The position numbers and the translations under genes were made by a program. The notes below the pieces were generated by a model that had not been told where the DNA came from, made no database searches, and worked only from the letters and a program-made list of their open reading frames with translations. From Chloroflexota bacterium (GTDB lineage: Bacteria; Chloroflexota; Limnocylindria; Limnocylindrales; CSP1-4): a stretch of 64,000 nucleotides of DNA. Location: assembly GCA_034436555.1 (NCBI GenBank), contig DAOTUU010000021.1, forward strand, positions 36,415 through 100,414, read 5' to 3'. Every line of letters starts with the position of its first letter. Position 1 is the stretch's first letter. Below, in pieces: positions 1 to 8,990 of the stretch.

Positions 1-640
1 GGTTGTGCCGCTTCAGCCGTCGGCCGACGCCCATGAGCGTGCCGCCGGTCCCCAGGCCCGCCACGAACACGTCCACCTCGGGGCAGTCGGCGATGATCTC
101 CTCGGCCGTGCCGTCCTCGTGGGCCCGGGGGTTCGCCGGGTTGCCGTACTGGTAGGGCATCACGAATCGGTCGTCCTTGGCCACCAGGTGCTTGGTCAGC
201 GCCACCGCGCCGTTGGAGCCCAGCGCCCCCGGCGAGTCGATGATCTCCGCACCGAACAGCGCCAGCAGCTGGCGCCGCTCCCGGGTCACGTTGTCGGGCA
301 GCACCACGGCCACGCGATAGCCCTTGCGGCGCGCGATCATCGCCAGGGCGATGCCCGTGTTGCCGGACGTCGGCTCGATGATGATGGAGTCTGGCCGCAG
401 TCTCCCCGACGCCTCCAGGTCGTCGATGAGCGCCTTGGCCACGCGATCCTTCACCGACCCCGTCGGGTTCATGAACTCGAGCTTCGCGTACAGCCGGACG
501 TTCGGGTTGGGACACATCCGTGGGATCTCGACGAGCGGCGTGTGGCCGATCGCGTCGATGATCGACGGGTAGCGACCGCCGTGCGGCGGCGAGCCCTCGT
601 GGGCGTGGGGCCGGAGCCGCTCGAGGTCCGGGATGGCCAT
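1..640 (-). CDS. cysM: PLP-dependent cysteine synthase (CysM/CysK family), truncated by the left window edge
   Basis: Manual translation from ATG at 640: MAIPDLERL...IGHTPLVEI...YAKLEFMNPTGSVKDRVA...IIEPTSGNTGIALA...GLGTGGTLMG. These are the PLP-lysine and glycine-rich motifs of cysteine synthases. It lies directly downstream of a MoaD/CysO-like carrier. Confidence 0.92.
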   Translation of the reverse strand, partial: MAIPDLERLRPHAHEGSPPHGGRYPSIIDAIGHTPLVEIPRMCPNPNVRLYAKLEFMNPTGSVKDRVAKALIDDLEASGRLRPDSIIIEPTSGNTGIALAMIARRKGYRVAVVLPDNVTRERRQLLALFGAEIIDSPGALGSNGAVALTKHLVAKDDRFVMPYQYGNPANPRAHEDGTAEEIIADCPEVDVFVAGLGTGGTLMGVGRRLKRHN

Positions 641-654
641 CGCGGTCGAACGGG

Positions 655-930
655 TCAGCGACCGCCCGCCATGGCCGGCAGGAGGACGACCGTGTCCGTC
701 GGGCCCACGGGCGTGGCCAGCTCCTGCTCGTAGCGCACGTCCCGGCCGTTCACGTACACGTTCACGAACCGATTGAGCGTGCCCTCGGCGGTGAGCAGCT
801 GGTCGCGCAGCGACGGGAACTGGGCGATGAGCGCGTCCAGCGTCTCCCCCACCGTGACGCCGGTGACCTCCACCTGCTTCTGGTTGCCCGCCGCCGCCCT
901 GAGGACGGGCGGGATGCGGACCGCGGTCAT
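655..930 (-). CDS. Ubiquitin-like sulfur carrier protein (MoaD/ThiS/CysO family)
   Basis: MTAVRIPPVLRAAAGNQKQVEVTG...FVNVYVNGRDVRY...DTVVLLPAMAGGR. Beta-grasp carrier pattern with near-terminal GG; the ATG overlaps the moeB stop (ATGA). Confidence 0.9.
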   Translation of the reverse strand: MTAVRIPPVLRAAAGNQKQVEVTGVTVGETLDALIAQFPSLRDQLLTAEGTLNRFVNVYVNGRDVRYEQELATPVGPTDTVVLLPAMAGGR

Positions 931-2108
931 GCTTGCACCCCTGTGCTGGTGTTGAAGGAGCCGCCGAGCGCGAACACGCCCGACTGGCTGGCCGCCGGCG
1001 CGCCGTCTCCGCACGCCGGGCAGTGCGGATCGCGCCGCAGCTGGAGCTCCGAGAAGGACGCGTCGAGGGCGTCGTAGATGAGCAGCCTCCCGGCGAGCGT
1101 GTCGCCGATGCCGAGCAGGATCTTGAGCGCCTCGGTGGCCTGGAACATGCCCATGGTGCCGGGCACCACGCCCAGCACGCCCGCGACCGAGCAGCCGGGC
1201 GCGAGCTCCGGGGGCGGCGGCGTGGGATAGAGGCAGCGGTAGCACGGCCCCTCGTGGGGCGCGAACACGGTGAGCTGGCCCTCGAAGCGGAACACGGACG
1301 CGTGGACCACGGTGATGCCCGCCGCGACCGCGGCGTCGTTGAGGATGTAGCGCGTCTCGAACGTGTCCGTGCCGTCGAGGATCACGTCATACCCCGCGAT
1401 GAGCCGGGCCACGTTCTCCGCCGTGAGCATCTCCTCGTGCGGCACGACCTGCACATCCGGATTCAGGGCACGCACCGACTCTGCGGCGCTGTCCACCTTC
1501 TTGCGACCGACGCGGTCGTTCGTGTGCACGATCTGCCGCTGGAGGTTGGACAGGTCGACCACGTCGAAGTCGACGATGCCGATGGTGCCCACGCCCGCCG
1601 CGGCCAGGTACAGCAGCGCCGGGGCGCCCAGGCCGCCCGCGCCGATGAACAGCACCCTGCTGGCCAGGAGCCTCGCCTGGCCCTCTGCACCGACCTCCGG
1701 GATGAGCAGGTGCCGACTGTAGCGCTGCTTCTGCTCCCTGGACAGGATGACCGGCTTGGTCCACTCCCGACCCTCCGACTTCCAGGCCTGGAAGCCGCCC
1801 CTCATGGAGATCGGCTGGGCATAGCCCATGGCGGCGAGCGTGGTGGCCGCGAACAGCGAGCGCACGCCGCCCGCGCAGTAGAGCACGACCGGACGGTCGC
1901 GATCGGGCACGGCGGCCTCGATCTGCTGCTCCAGGTAGCTCTTGGAGATGTGGGTCGCGCCGGGGGCGTGGCCCTCCTCCCACTCGGTGGTCTCGCGCAC
2001 GTCGATGAAGGCGGCGCCACCCTCGACGAGCGTCGCCGCCTCGCCGGGCGAGACCTCGCGGATCGACGCGCGGGCGTCGCGCATCAGGTCGGAGAAGGAC
2101 TTGGGCAT
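927..2108 (-). CDS. moeB: Sulfur-carrier adenylyltransferase/sulfurtransferase (N-terminal rhodanese fused to MoeB/ThiF E1-like domain)
   Basis: Rhodanese motifs DVRE..EWEEGH and YCAGGVRS, then RYSRHLLIPEVG, GAGGLG, DVVDLSNLQRQ, CYRC and CPAC zinc motifs. Confidence 0.93.
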   Translation of the reverse strand: MPKSFSDLMRDARASIREVSPGEAATLVEGGAAFIDVRETTEWEEGHAPGATHISKSYLEQQIEAAVPDRDRPVVLYCAGGVRSLFAATTLAAMGYAQPISMRGGFQAWKSEGREWTKPVILSREQKQRYSRHLLIPEVGAEGQARLLASRVLFIGAGGLGAPALLYLAAAGVGTIGIVDFDVVDLSNLQRQIVHTNDRVGRKKVDSAAESVRALNPDVQVVPHEEMLTAENVARLIAGYDVILDGTDTFETRYILNDAAVAAGITVVHASVFRFEGQLTVFAPHEGPCYRCLYPTPPPPELAPGCSVAGVLGVVPGTMGMFQATEALKILLGIGDTLAGRLLIYDALDASFSELQLRRDPHCPACGDGAPAASQSGVFALGGSFNTSTGVQA

Positions 2109-2246
2109 CGGGGCATCGGCTCCAGAGGGTGGTGGACGGGGCCCGCTCGGCGCGGGACGGGCGGCGGGGATGGGCGGAACGCCAGCCTGGCTGAAGTCAG
2201 GCCGGCCGACGACAGGTGCAGCGACAGGCGCAGCGGCCCACGGGCG

Positions 2247-2651
2247 TCATGCGCGCGCCTCTCCGGGGGCGGGTGCCGGATCGCGCCCCTCCGTGAGCGC
2301 CTTCTTGAGGGTGTCCACGGAGAGCACGGCGCACTTCATGCGCGCGGGGCTGATCTCGATGCCCAGGAGATCCAGCACGTCCTGGTGGCGGAGTGCCACG
2401 ACGTCCTCAAGGGTGCGGCCGCGGATCTCATCGGTGAGCATCGACGCGCTCGCCTGGCTGATGGCGCATCCCCGACCGGTGAAGGCCACGTCCGCCACGC
2501 GCCCGTCCTCGCTGATGTCAAGCATCAGCGTGATGCGATCGCCGCACAGGGGGTTGCTGCCCTCGTAGGCGGCGTCCGGCTCCGGCAGGGTGCCGAAGTT
2601 GTGCGGCCGGCGGTAGTGCTCCAGGATCTCGTCGCGGTAGAGGTCGTCCAT
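2247..2651 (-). CDS. sufU: SufU/NifU-type Fe-S or sulfur-transfer protein
   Basis: LYRDEILEHY, NPLCGD, GCAISQAS and RMKCA, giving three conserved Cys; adjacent to sufS. Confidence 0.92.
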   Translation of the reverse strand: MDDLYRDEILEHYRRPHNFGTLPEPDAAYEGSNPLCGDRITLMLDISEDGRVADVAFTGRGCAISQASASMLTDEIRGRTLEDVVALRHQDVLDLLGIEISPARMKCAVLSVDTLKKALTEGRDPAPAPGEARA

Positions 2652-2661
2652 GTCCGGTCGG

Positions 2662-3924
2662 TCAGCCTACAGGATGTGCGCTCGGGGCGAAGATGCGCTG
2701 GACCGATCGCAGTCCGGCGGCGAGTCGATCGAGGTCCTCGGTGGTGGAGTAGACGTTGAAGCTGGCGCGCGCCGTGGCGGTCTCCCCCAGGCGCTCGTGG
2801 AGCGGCTGGGTGCAGTGGTGACCGGCTCGGATGGCGATCGCCTCGCGGTCCAGGAGCGTGGCCACGTCGTGGGGGTGGACGTCGGGCAGGTTGAACGTGA
2901 CGATGCCCGACCGCTCGTCCGCGGAGCGGGGTCCATGCAGCCGGATGCCCGGCACCTCGCGCGGCAGCAGGTCCAGGGCGTGGCGCGTGAGCTCCCGCTC
3001 ATGCGCCCGGACGGCGTCCATGCCGATCGCCGAGAGATAGCGCACCGCGGCGCCCAGGCCGATCGCCGCCGCCACGTCCGGCGTGCCCGCCTCGAACTTC
3101 CAGGGGACATCGTTCCAGGTGGCGCGGCGGAGATGCACCTCGCGGATCATCTCACCGCCACCCATGAACGGGGGCATGGCCTCCAGCAGCTCGCGACGCG
3201 CCCAGAGCGCCCCCGAGCCGGTCGGCCCCAGCACCTTGTGCCCGGAGAACACCACGAAGTCGGCGCCCCACGCCTGCACGTCGACGTGCCCGTGGGGAAC
3301 CGCCTGCGCCGCATCGACCAGCACGAGGGCTCCGACCGCATGGGCCTGCTCGACCATCATCCTGACTGGGTTGATGGTGCCCAGGGCATTGCTCACCGCG
3401 GTCAGCGCGACGAGTCGAGGGCGCGTGCGCAGGAGCACCTCGTAGCTCTCCTGGTTCAGGCGACCTTGGTCGTCGATGGCCACGAACTCCAGGTCCGCGT
3501 CCTTCTCCTGTGCCAGCAGCTGCCACGGGATGAGGTTCGAGTGATGCTCCAGCTCCGTGAGCACGATCGTGTCCGCCTGGCCGATGTGGCGCCGGCCCCA
3601 CGAGTTGGCGACCAGGTTGATCGCCTCCGTGGCGTTCCGGACGAACACGACCTCGGCGGGCTCTGCGGCGTTCAGGAACCGGGCGACGTGCGAGCGGGCC
3701 TCCTCATAGGCGGCGGTCGCCTCCTCGCCTGTGGTGTAGATGCCGCGATGGACGTTCGCCGTGAACCGCTCGTTGTAGCCCGCCATCGCGTCCAGCACCG
3801 CGCGCGGCTTGAGCGACGTGGCGGCGCTGTCCAGGTAGGCGAGGGTGCGGCCCCCGAAGTCACGCTCGAACAGCGGGAAGTCCCGTCGGATCGCGACGGG
3901 ATCCAGCGACCGGGGCTCGGTCAT
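2662..3924 (-). CDS. sufS: Cysteine desulfurase, SufS group II
   Basis: YLDSAATS, ANVHRG, EHHSNLIPW, SGHK (PLP lysine), EAGTP and RAGHHC motifs. Confidence 0.95.
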   Translation of the reverse strand: MTEPRSLDPVAIRRDFPLFERDFGGRTLAYLDSAATSLKPRAVLDAMAGYNERFTANVHRGIYTTGEEATAAYEEARSHVARFLNAAEPAEVVFVRNATEAINLVANSWGRRHIGQADTIVLTELEHHSNLIPWQLLAQEKDADLEFVAIDDQGRLNQESYEVLLRTRPRLVALTAVSNALGTINPVRMMVEQAHAVGALVLVDAAQAVPHGHVDVQAWGADFVVFSGHKVLGPTGSGALWARRELLEAMPPFMGGGEMIREVHLRRATWNDVPWKFEAGTPDVAAAIGLGAAVRYLSAIGMDAVRAHERELTRHALDLLPREVPGIRLHGPRSADERSGIVTFNLPDVHPHDVATLLDREAIAIRAGHHCTQPLHERLGETATARASFNVYSTTEDLDRLAAGLRSVQRIFAPSAHPVG

Positions 3925-3944
3925 CCTCGGCGGTCCTTCCCCGG

Positions 3945-4865
3945 TCAGTCGTCGGAGCCGGCGTGGTCGGGGCCGTCGTCCGTGCCGGCCTCCATGCCCG
4001 CGGCGCGCAGGATGGGCGCGTAGCCCTCCTGCTCCAGTCGGAGCGCCAGATCCCGGCCACCGGATGTGATGATGCGGCCCTGGGCGAGCACATGCACCAC
4101 ATCGGGCTTGATGTGATTGAGCAGGCGCTGGTAATGCGTGATCACGAGCACGCCGAGGTCCGGCGAGAGCTGGGCGTTGACGCCGTCCGCGACGATGCGC
4201 AGGGCGTCGATGTCCAGACCCGAGTCGGTCTCGTCCAGGATGGCGAACTCGGGCTCCAGGACGGCCATCTGGAGCATCTCCAGGCGCTTCTTCTCGCCGC
4301 CTGAGAAACCCTCGTTGACGTACCGCGCGGCGAACGCGTCATCCAGCTTGAGCAGCGCCATCTTCTCGCGCATGAGCTTGCGGAACTCACCCATGCGGAT
4401 GCCGCCGCGGGTGGGGTCGGACGGATCGTATTCCGAGTCACCACCGTCCACGCCCCGTCGCCGTGCGTTGAGCGCCGTCCGGAGGAAGCTCGCCACCGAC
4501 AGGCCCGGGATGGCCGTGGGGTACTGGAACGCGAGGAACAGGCCCAGGCGCGCCCGCTTGTCGGCGGACAGCTCCAGGATGTTCCTACCCCGCCAGATGA
4601 CCTCGCCACCGATGACCTCGTACGCCGGGTGGCCCATGAGCGCGTAGGCGAGGGTGGTCTTGCCGGAGCCGTTGCGACCCATGATCGCATGGACCTCGCC
4701 CTTGCGGATCGTCAGGTCGATGCCTCGCAGGATCTCCTTGTCCGGCTGGCCCACGGGCACCACTTGCAGATCGCGGATGACCAGTTCGCGGTCATCGGCG
4801 GTGGGCGAGGACGCGGCGGGGGCCGCGACGGTGTCGGTGTCGGTGGCGGCGTCGATGGCGTTCAT
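3945..4865 (-). CDS. sufC: Fe-S assembly ABC ATPase SufC
   Basis: Walker A GRNGSGKT, LAFQYP, NEGFSGGEKKR, LDETDSGLDIDAL and ITHY. The ATG at 4865 overlaps the regulator stop codon (ATGA). Confidence 0.95.
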   Translation of the reverse strand: MNAIDAATDTDTVAAPAASSPTADDRELVIRDLQVVPVGQPDKEILRGIDLTIRKGEVHAIMGRNGSGKTTLAYALMGHPAYEVIGGEVIWRGRNILELSADKRARLGLFLAFQYPTAIPGLSVASFLRTALNARRRGVDGGDSEYDPSDPTRGGIRMGEFRKLMREKMALLKLDDAFAARYVNEGFSGGEKKRLEMLQMAVLEPEFAILDETDSGLDIDALRIVADGVNAQLSPDLGVLVITHYQRLLNHIKPDVVHVLAQGRIITSGGRDLALRLEQEGYAPILRAAGMEAGTDDGPDHAGSDD

Positions 4866-5401
4866 GCGGCGGAAACGGGCTCCGTGCTGGCCGGCCGCTC
4901 GGCGACCGGGAGGGAGATGGCATTGACGGGCGGGTGATAGGGGTGGGACGGCGTGGGTCGCGCCAGCTCGGCGAGGGTCATGGAGTCCAGCGCCCCGACC
5001 ACGGCCATGCGCACCCGGACCCACAGTGCGTTGACGTTGCAGATGCCGCTGCGGCTACAGACGTCCTCGTGATGGAGGCCATCCAGGGCGCAGATCATGG
5101 GGGCGATCGGGCCCTCCAGCGCCTCGATGACCTCGCTCATCCGGACCTCGGCCGGGTCGCGTGCGAGCTGGTAGCCACCGCGGGCGCCACGGGTGCTGGT
5201 GACCAGGCCCGCCTCGCGCAGGCTGACCACGAGCTGCTCCAGGTATGGGCGCGGCAGATCCTCGTGGTCCGCCAGCTCGCTGAGGCTGACCGGGCCGTCC
5301 CCGAAGTGGCGCGCGAGCTCCACCATCAGGCGAACGCCGTACTCCCCGCGGGTGGAGAAATGCAGCGCGCCGGTGGATGGGAAGGTGGTTCGGACGGGGA
5401 T
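4862..5401 (-). CDS. Rrf2-family (IscR-like) Fe-S-sensing transcriptional regulator; start uncertain
   Basis: STRGEYGVRLMVELA...YLEQL...GLV.STRGARGGY.LAR and three Cys in MIC...DVC...GIC. The in-frame ATC at 5401 follows a GAGGAG element; the ORF-track start is 5518. Confidence 0.88.
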   Translation of the reverse strand: MPVRTTFPSTGALHFSTRGEYGVRLMVELARHFGDGPVSLSELADHEDLPRPYLEQLVVSLREAGLVTSTRGARGGYQLARDPAEVRMSEVIEALEGPIAPMICALDGLHHEDVCSRSGICNVNALWVRVRMAVVGALDSMTLAELARPTPSHPYHPPVNAISLPVAERPASTEPVSAA

Positions 5402-5454
5402 GGGACTGCTCCTCGGGCGGTCGGCAGGGGTCGCATGCGAGGACGCGGAGCCAC

Positions 5455-5479
5455 AATTCCGACACGTTTCGTCGGATAT
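5455..5479. promoter_or_regulatory. Probable Rrf2/IscR-type operator
   Basis: Inverted repeat AATTCCGAC-ACGTTTC-GTCGGATAT with the GAC-N7-GTC geometry of IscR type-1 sites, just upstream of the regulator. Confidence 0.6.
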
Positions 5480-5607
5480 CAGTCTAGCCCCGGTGGCTGC
5501 GGGCGTCAATCGGTCCACCGGGCCGGGCGCCGTCGCCGGCCGCGGGTGTCGCCGGGCGCGGTCGGCGCGCCGGGGCGGGCCGTGGTCGGCGCGCTGGGGC
5601 GGGCCGG

Positions 5608-6039
5608 CTATCGAAGTCCGGTGTCGTAGTCGACGCCCACCTCCGTGAACGCCTCGTCCCCGACCACGACGCTGATGGTCCGGCCCGTGGGAAACAGGTC
5701 ACCGTTCGCGGGCGGTACCGGCTGGATGGTGTAGACACCCGGCGGCAGCGTCACCTCGAAGCGCCCGTCGGTCCCGGAGGTGACCCGCGCCACCACATCA
5801 TCGTCGGCATCCAGGATGACGAGGTCGGCGCTGTATGGCTCGATGCACGGCGATGCGCGCGTGGCGTCCTCGCAGGTGGGCCCCACGTGGACGATGCCCC
5901 GGATCCCGGACAGCACCGGGGACGGGGTGGGCGAGGGCGTCACCTCCGGATCCAGGATGGCCTGGCAGCCGCCGAGCACGAGGGCTGCGGCGAGCAGGAC
6001 CCCGGACGCGGCGAGCAACCCGAGCCGGCGATCCCGCAC
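5608..6039 (-). CDS. Predicted lipoprotein with small beta-sandwich (carboxypeptidase-regulatory-like) domain
   Basis: Hydrophobic leader ending LVLGGC (lipobox), Pro/Thr linker, then GRFEVTLPPGVYTI. Confidence 0.7.
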   Translation of the reverse strand: MRDRRLGLLAASGVLLAAALVLGGCQAILDPEVTPSPTPSPVLSGIRGIVHVGPTCEDATRASPCIEPYSADLVILDADDDVVARVTSGTDGRFEVTLPPGVYTIQPVPPANGDLFPTGRTISVVVGDEAFTEVGVDYDTGLR

Positions 6040-6044
6040 GCGGC

Positions 6045-6923
6045 TCAGATCCCCGACCAGGACCGGATGGCCCGAGCGAGCGCGCTGTTGTCGTCGTCGC
6101 CGTGACCCTGAGCCACGAGGCCCGCCTCGATCTGCTGCGCCAGGGCCGTCACCGGCAGGGCCGCGCCCACCTCGCGCGCCAGCGACAGCGCGATGAGCAC
6201 ATCCTTGAGGTGGAGCGCGATGCGGAACCCGAGGGGGTACTCGTCGTCGATCATCCGACCGGCGCGGTTCTCCAGGACCCAGGAGCGGGCCGCACCGCCG
6301 GTCAGCGCCTCGGCGACCTTCTTCGCGTCGAGGCCCGCCTTCATCGCCAGGACCATCCCCTCGGCGACGCCCAGGTAGGTACCCGCGAGGATCACCTGGT
6401 TGCAGGCCTTGACCACCTGGCCCGACCCGATCGGACCGAAATGGGTGATGGTCCTGCCCATCGCATGGAGCACCGGCCGGGCATCCTCGAACGCCGCCTC
6501 ATCGCCTCCGACCATGATCGTGAGGGTGCCCTTCTGGGCGCCCTCGGAGCCGCCCGAGACCGGGGCGTCGACCATCCTTGCCCCGCGCTCGGCCAGGCGC
6601 GCCGCGAACGCGCGCGTCTCCGCGGGGGAGATCGTGGAGCAGTCGATGACCAGCAGGCCCTCGCGCGCGCCGCCCGTGACGCCGTCCGGCCCAAACAGCA
6701 CCGCCTCCACGTCGGGCGTGTCCGAGACGCAGATGACCACGACGTCCACGGCCGCCGCCAGATCCCGGGGCGTGGCGGCCTCGGTGGCGCCGAGCGAGAC
6801 CGGCAGTCCCGCGCGACCGGGCGTCCGGTTCCAGACCGTCAGCGGGAAGCCGGCCCGCGCGAGGTTGGCGGCCATCGCGGCGCCCATCGTGCCCATCCCG
6901 CAGAACCCGACCCGCGTCGCCAT
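6045..6923 (-). CDS. NAD(P)-dependent beta-hydroxyacid dehydrogenase (3-hydroxyisobutyrate/tartronate semialdehyde reductase family)
   Basis: GFCGMGTMG, VWNRT, DCSTISP, DAPVSGG and catalytic K in VKACNQ. Confidence 0.9.
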   Translation of the reverse strand: MATRVGFCGMGTMGAAMAANLARAGFPLTVWNRTPGRAGLPVSLGATEAATPRDLAAAVDVVVICVSDTPDVEAVLFGPDGVTGGAREGLLVIDCSTISPAETRAFAARLAERGARMVDAPVSGGSEGAQKGTLTIMVGGDEAAFEDARPVLHAMGRTITHFGPIGSGQVVKACNQVILAGTYLGVAEGMVLAMKAGLDAKKVAEALTGGAARSWVLENRAGRMIDDEYPLGFRIALHLKDVLIALSLAREVGAALPVTALAQQIEAGLVAQGHGDDDNSALARAIRSWSGI

Positions 6924-7091
6924 CCCATCCGCCTCCGTGTCCGTCCCGAGTGCGCCGCCACGACGGCCGGCCGCCGACCCATGGTAGAGCGAAGCCCCGC
7001 ACCGGAGGGCCGGGCGGGGCCGGGTGCAGGCGGGACCCGAGCGGGGGCGTGGCGGGACGTGGCGGGGGCGGGCCAGGCGGCGGGACCCGGA

Positions 7092-7517
7092 TCAGCCCCA
7101 GTCGCCGCGCAGCTGGGTGAGCCGGAAATGGTTCCCGGAGACGTCGCGGAAGCCCGCGTCCATGCCGTAGGGTCGGTCCTCGGGCTCCTCCACGAACTCC
7201 ACGCCGCGCGACTTGAGGTCCGCCACGGCCGCGCGGCAGTCCTCGGTGACCAGGAAGACGGTCCCCGCGAACCCCTTGCCCATCAGCTCCCGGACCTGCT
7301 CGCCGGTGGCCGCATCCATCACCGGCTCGCCGGGGATGGCCATGAGCACGATGGCCACCTCGGGCTGACCCTTGGGGGCCACGGTCAGCCAGCGGAAGTT
7401 GCCCATCTCGGGCACGGTCACGTCCTGGACGACCTCCATGCCCAGCTTCGTGGTGTAGAACGCCAGGGCCTCGTCCTGGTCATGGACCCAGAGCTGGGTC
7501 GTCGAGATGCGGATCAT
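7092..7517 (-). CDS. VOC/glyoxalase family protein
   Basis: MIRISTTQLWVHDQDEALAFYTTKLG...LKSRGVEF...PYG...FRDVSGN. Confidence 0.88.
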   Translation of the reverse strand: MIRISTTQLWVHDQDEALAFYTTKLGMEVVQDVTVPEMGNFRWLTVAPKGQPEVAIVLMAIPGEPVMDAATGEQVRELMGKGFAGTVFLVTEDCRAAVADLKSRGVEFVEEPEDRPYGMDAGFRDVSGNHFRLTQLRGDWG

Positions 7518-8005
7518 CGGTGTCTCCCTGTCATCGGTGCGGATGTCGATGCCACGGATGCTGGCGCATCGGCCGCGGGGGACGCTTCTCGAAACGTTCG
7601 GTTCTGCGGCAGGCCGTACACCCGCAGCACGCACGACGGGATGATCGCCTGCTCGCGGGTGGGCGGGAACGCCTCGCGGTACTCCGTGGGCGTGCGGCCG
7701 TACAGCCGCCGGAATGACGCGGTGAAGGAGCCGACGCTGCTCCAGCCCACGTCCATGCAGATCGTGGTGACGGTCCGGTCCGTGTGGCGCAGCAGGTGCG
7801 CGGCTCGCTCCAGGCGGCGCGTCAGCAGGTAGACATGCGGCGTGACGCCGAACGCGCGCTTGAACGCGACGCTGAAGTGCGCCCGCGAGAGCCCGGCCTC
7901 GGCGGCCAGGTCATCGACCGTGAGCGGGTCGATGTAGCGCGCATCGACGAGGTCGCGGGCGCGGGTCAGGTAGCGCGCCGGAGGCAGGGGAGAGGCGCTG
8001 GCCAC
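7514..8005 (-). CDS. AraC-family helix-turn-helix regulator
   Basis: DLAAEAGLSRAHFS..FKRAFGVTPH.Y...RRLERAAHLL...VGWSSVGSFT.SFRR.YG.TP. Start estimated at GTG 8005; stop overlaps the VOC start. Confidence 0.88.
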   Translation of the reverse strand: MASASPLPPARYLTRARDLVDARYIDPLTVDDLAAEAGLSRAHFSVAFKRAFGVTPHVYLLTRRLERAAHLLRHTDRTVTTICMDVGWSSVGSFTASFRRLYGRTPTEYREAFPPTREQAIIPSCVLRVYGLPQNRTFREASPAADAPASVASTSAPMTGRHR

Positions 8006-8070
8006 AGGTGGTGAGGCGAGGGGTGGACCGAGGGGTCCGGCTCGGTCGGACCCCTCGGACGTCCGGTGGT

Positions 8071-8865
8071 CTAGCGGTTGTTGCCGAAGATGCGCAGCAG
8101 CATCAGGAACAGGTTGATGAAGTCGAGGTAGAGCAGCAGCGCGCCGTACACCGACGCGGAGTCCTTGTCCACGCCGGGCAGGGCACCCGCCTTGATCTTC
8201 TGGACATGGACCGCGGTGAGCCCGGTGAAGATGACCACGCCCACGACCCCGATGATGAAGTTCATGGGACCCGAGCCGGGGAACAGCAGGAACTGGGCGA
8301 ACGTGACGACGATGATGCCCAGCAGCCCCATCGACAGGATGCCGCCGATGCTGGTGAGGTCTCGCTTCGTCACGCCGCCGTAGAGCGCGGCGCCCGCGAA
8401 GATGGCCGACGCTCCCAGGAACGCGGTCACGACCGCCGACGCGCCCTGCGCTCCCTGCGCGGCGTAGGCCGCCACGATCACGCCCAGCATCAGCCCGTTC
8501 ATCAGGGCATAGGCGAAGAACCCGCCGAGCGCGACGAGCGCACTCAGCCGCGTGATGGCGATGCTCAGCCCGATGCCCAGCACGAAGGTGCCGATGGCGA
8601 CCAGGAACCAGGAGTCGATGAGCTGGGCCATCAGCGTCGGGTTGTTCATCACGAACGCCGCCGCGCCCGCGCTCACGAGCAGGCCCACGAACATCCACAC
8701 GAAGCTGGCCGTGAGGAAGCCCTCGCGCGGCATGGACGCGGCGCGCGCCTGCGGGGATGTCCCCGCGGCTGCCGGACCGGAGAGCGTGTTGGGCTGGACG
8801 GGCGGCTGGTTCCAGTTGTTCGGACCGCCCTGGTAGGACGTCCGATTGGGGTCGTTCGGCTGCAT
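8071..8865 (-). CDS. Bax inhibitor-1/YccA family membrane protein
   Basis: About seven hydrophobic segments ending ALLLYLDFINLFLMLLRIFG; GGAG upstream of ATG 8865. Confidence 0.9.
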   Translation of the reverse strand: MQPNDPNRTSYQGGPNNWNQPPVQPNTLSGPAAAGTSPQARAASMPREGFLTASFVWMFVGLLVSAGAAAFVMNNPTLMAQLIDSWFLVAIGTFVLGIGLSIAITRLSALVALGGFFAYALMNGLMLGVIVAAYAAQGAQGASAVVTAFLGASAIFAGAALYGGVTKRDLTSIGGILSMGLLGIIVVTFAQFLLFPGSGPMNFIIGVVGVVIFTGLTAVHVQKIKAGALPGVDKDSASVYGALLLYLDFINLFLMLLRIFGNNR

Positions 8866-8990
8866 CAGGGGTGCTCCATGGTGCGTGGCGCCGTCCAAGG
8901 GCGGCGGCGCGCCTCCGGACAGTGTAGGACGGCGGGGAAAGGGGGCGGACGCGACCCTGTCGGACGGCGTCGGACCGCGCCGGAACCGGG

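Noticed and set aside
2109-2246. Regulatory RNA between sufU and moeB
   Set aside because: Only a small GC-rich hairpin was seen, with no recognisable riboswitch, promoter or terminator pattern.
7092-8005. AraC-VOC pair as a novel system
   Set aside because: This is a common two-gene arrangement in high-GC bacteria.
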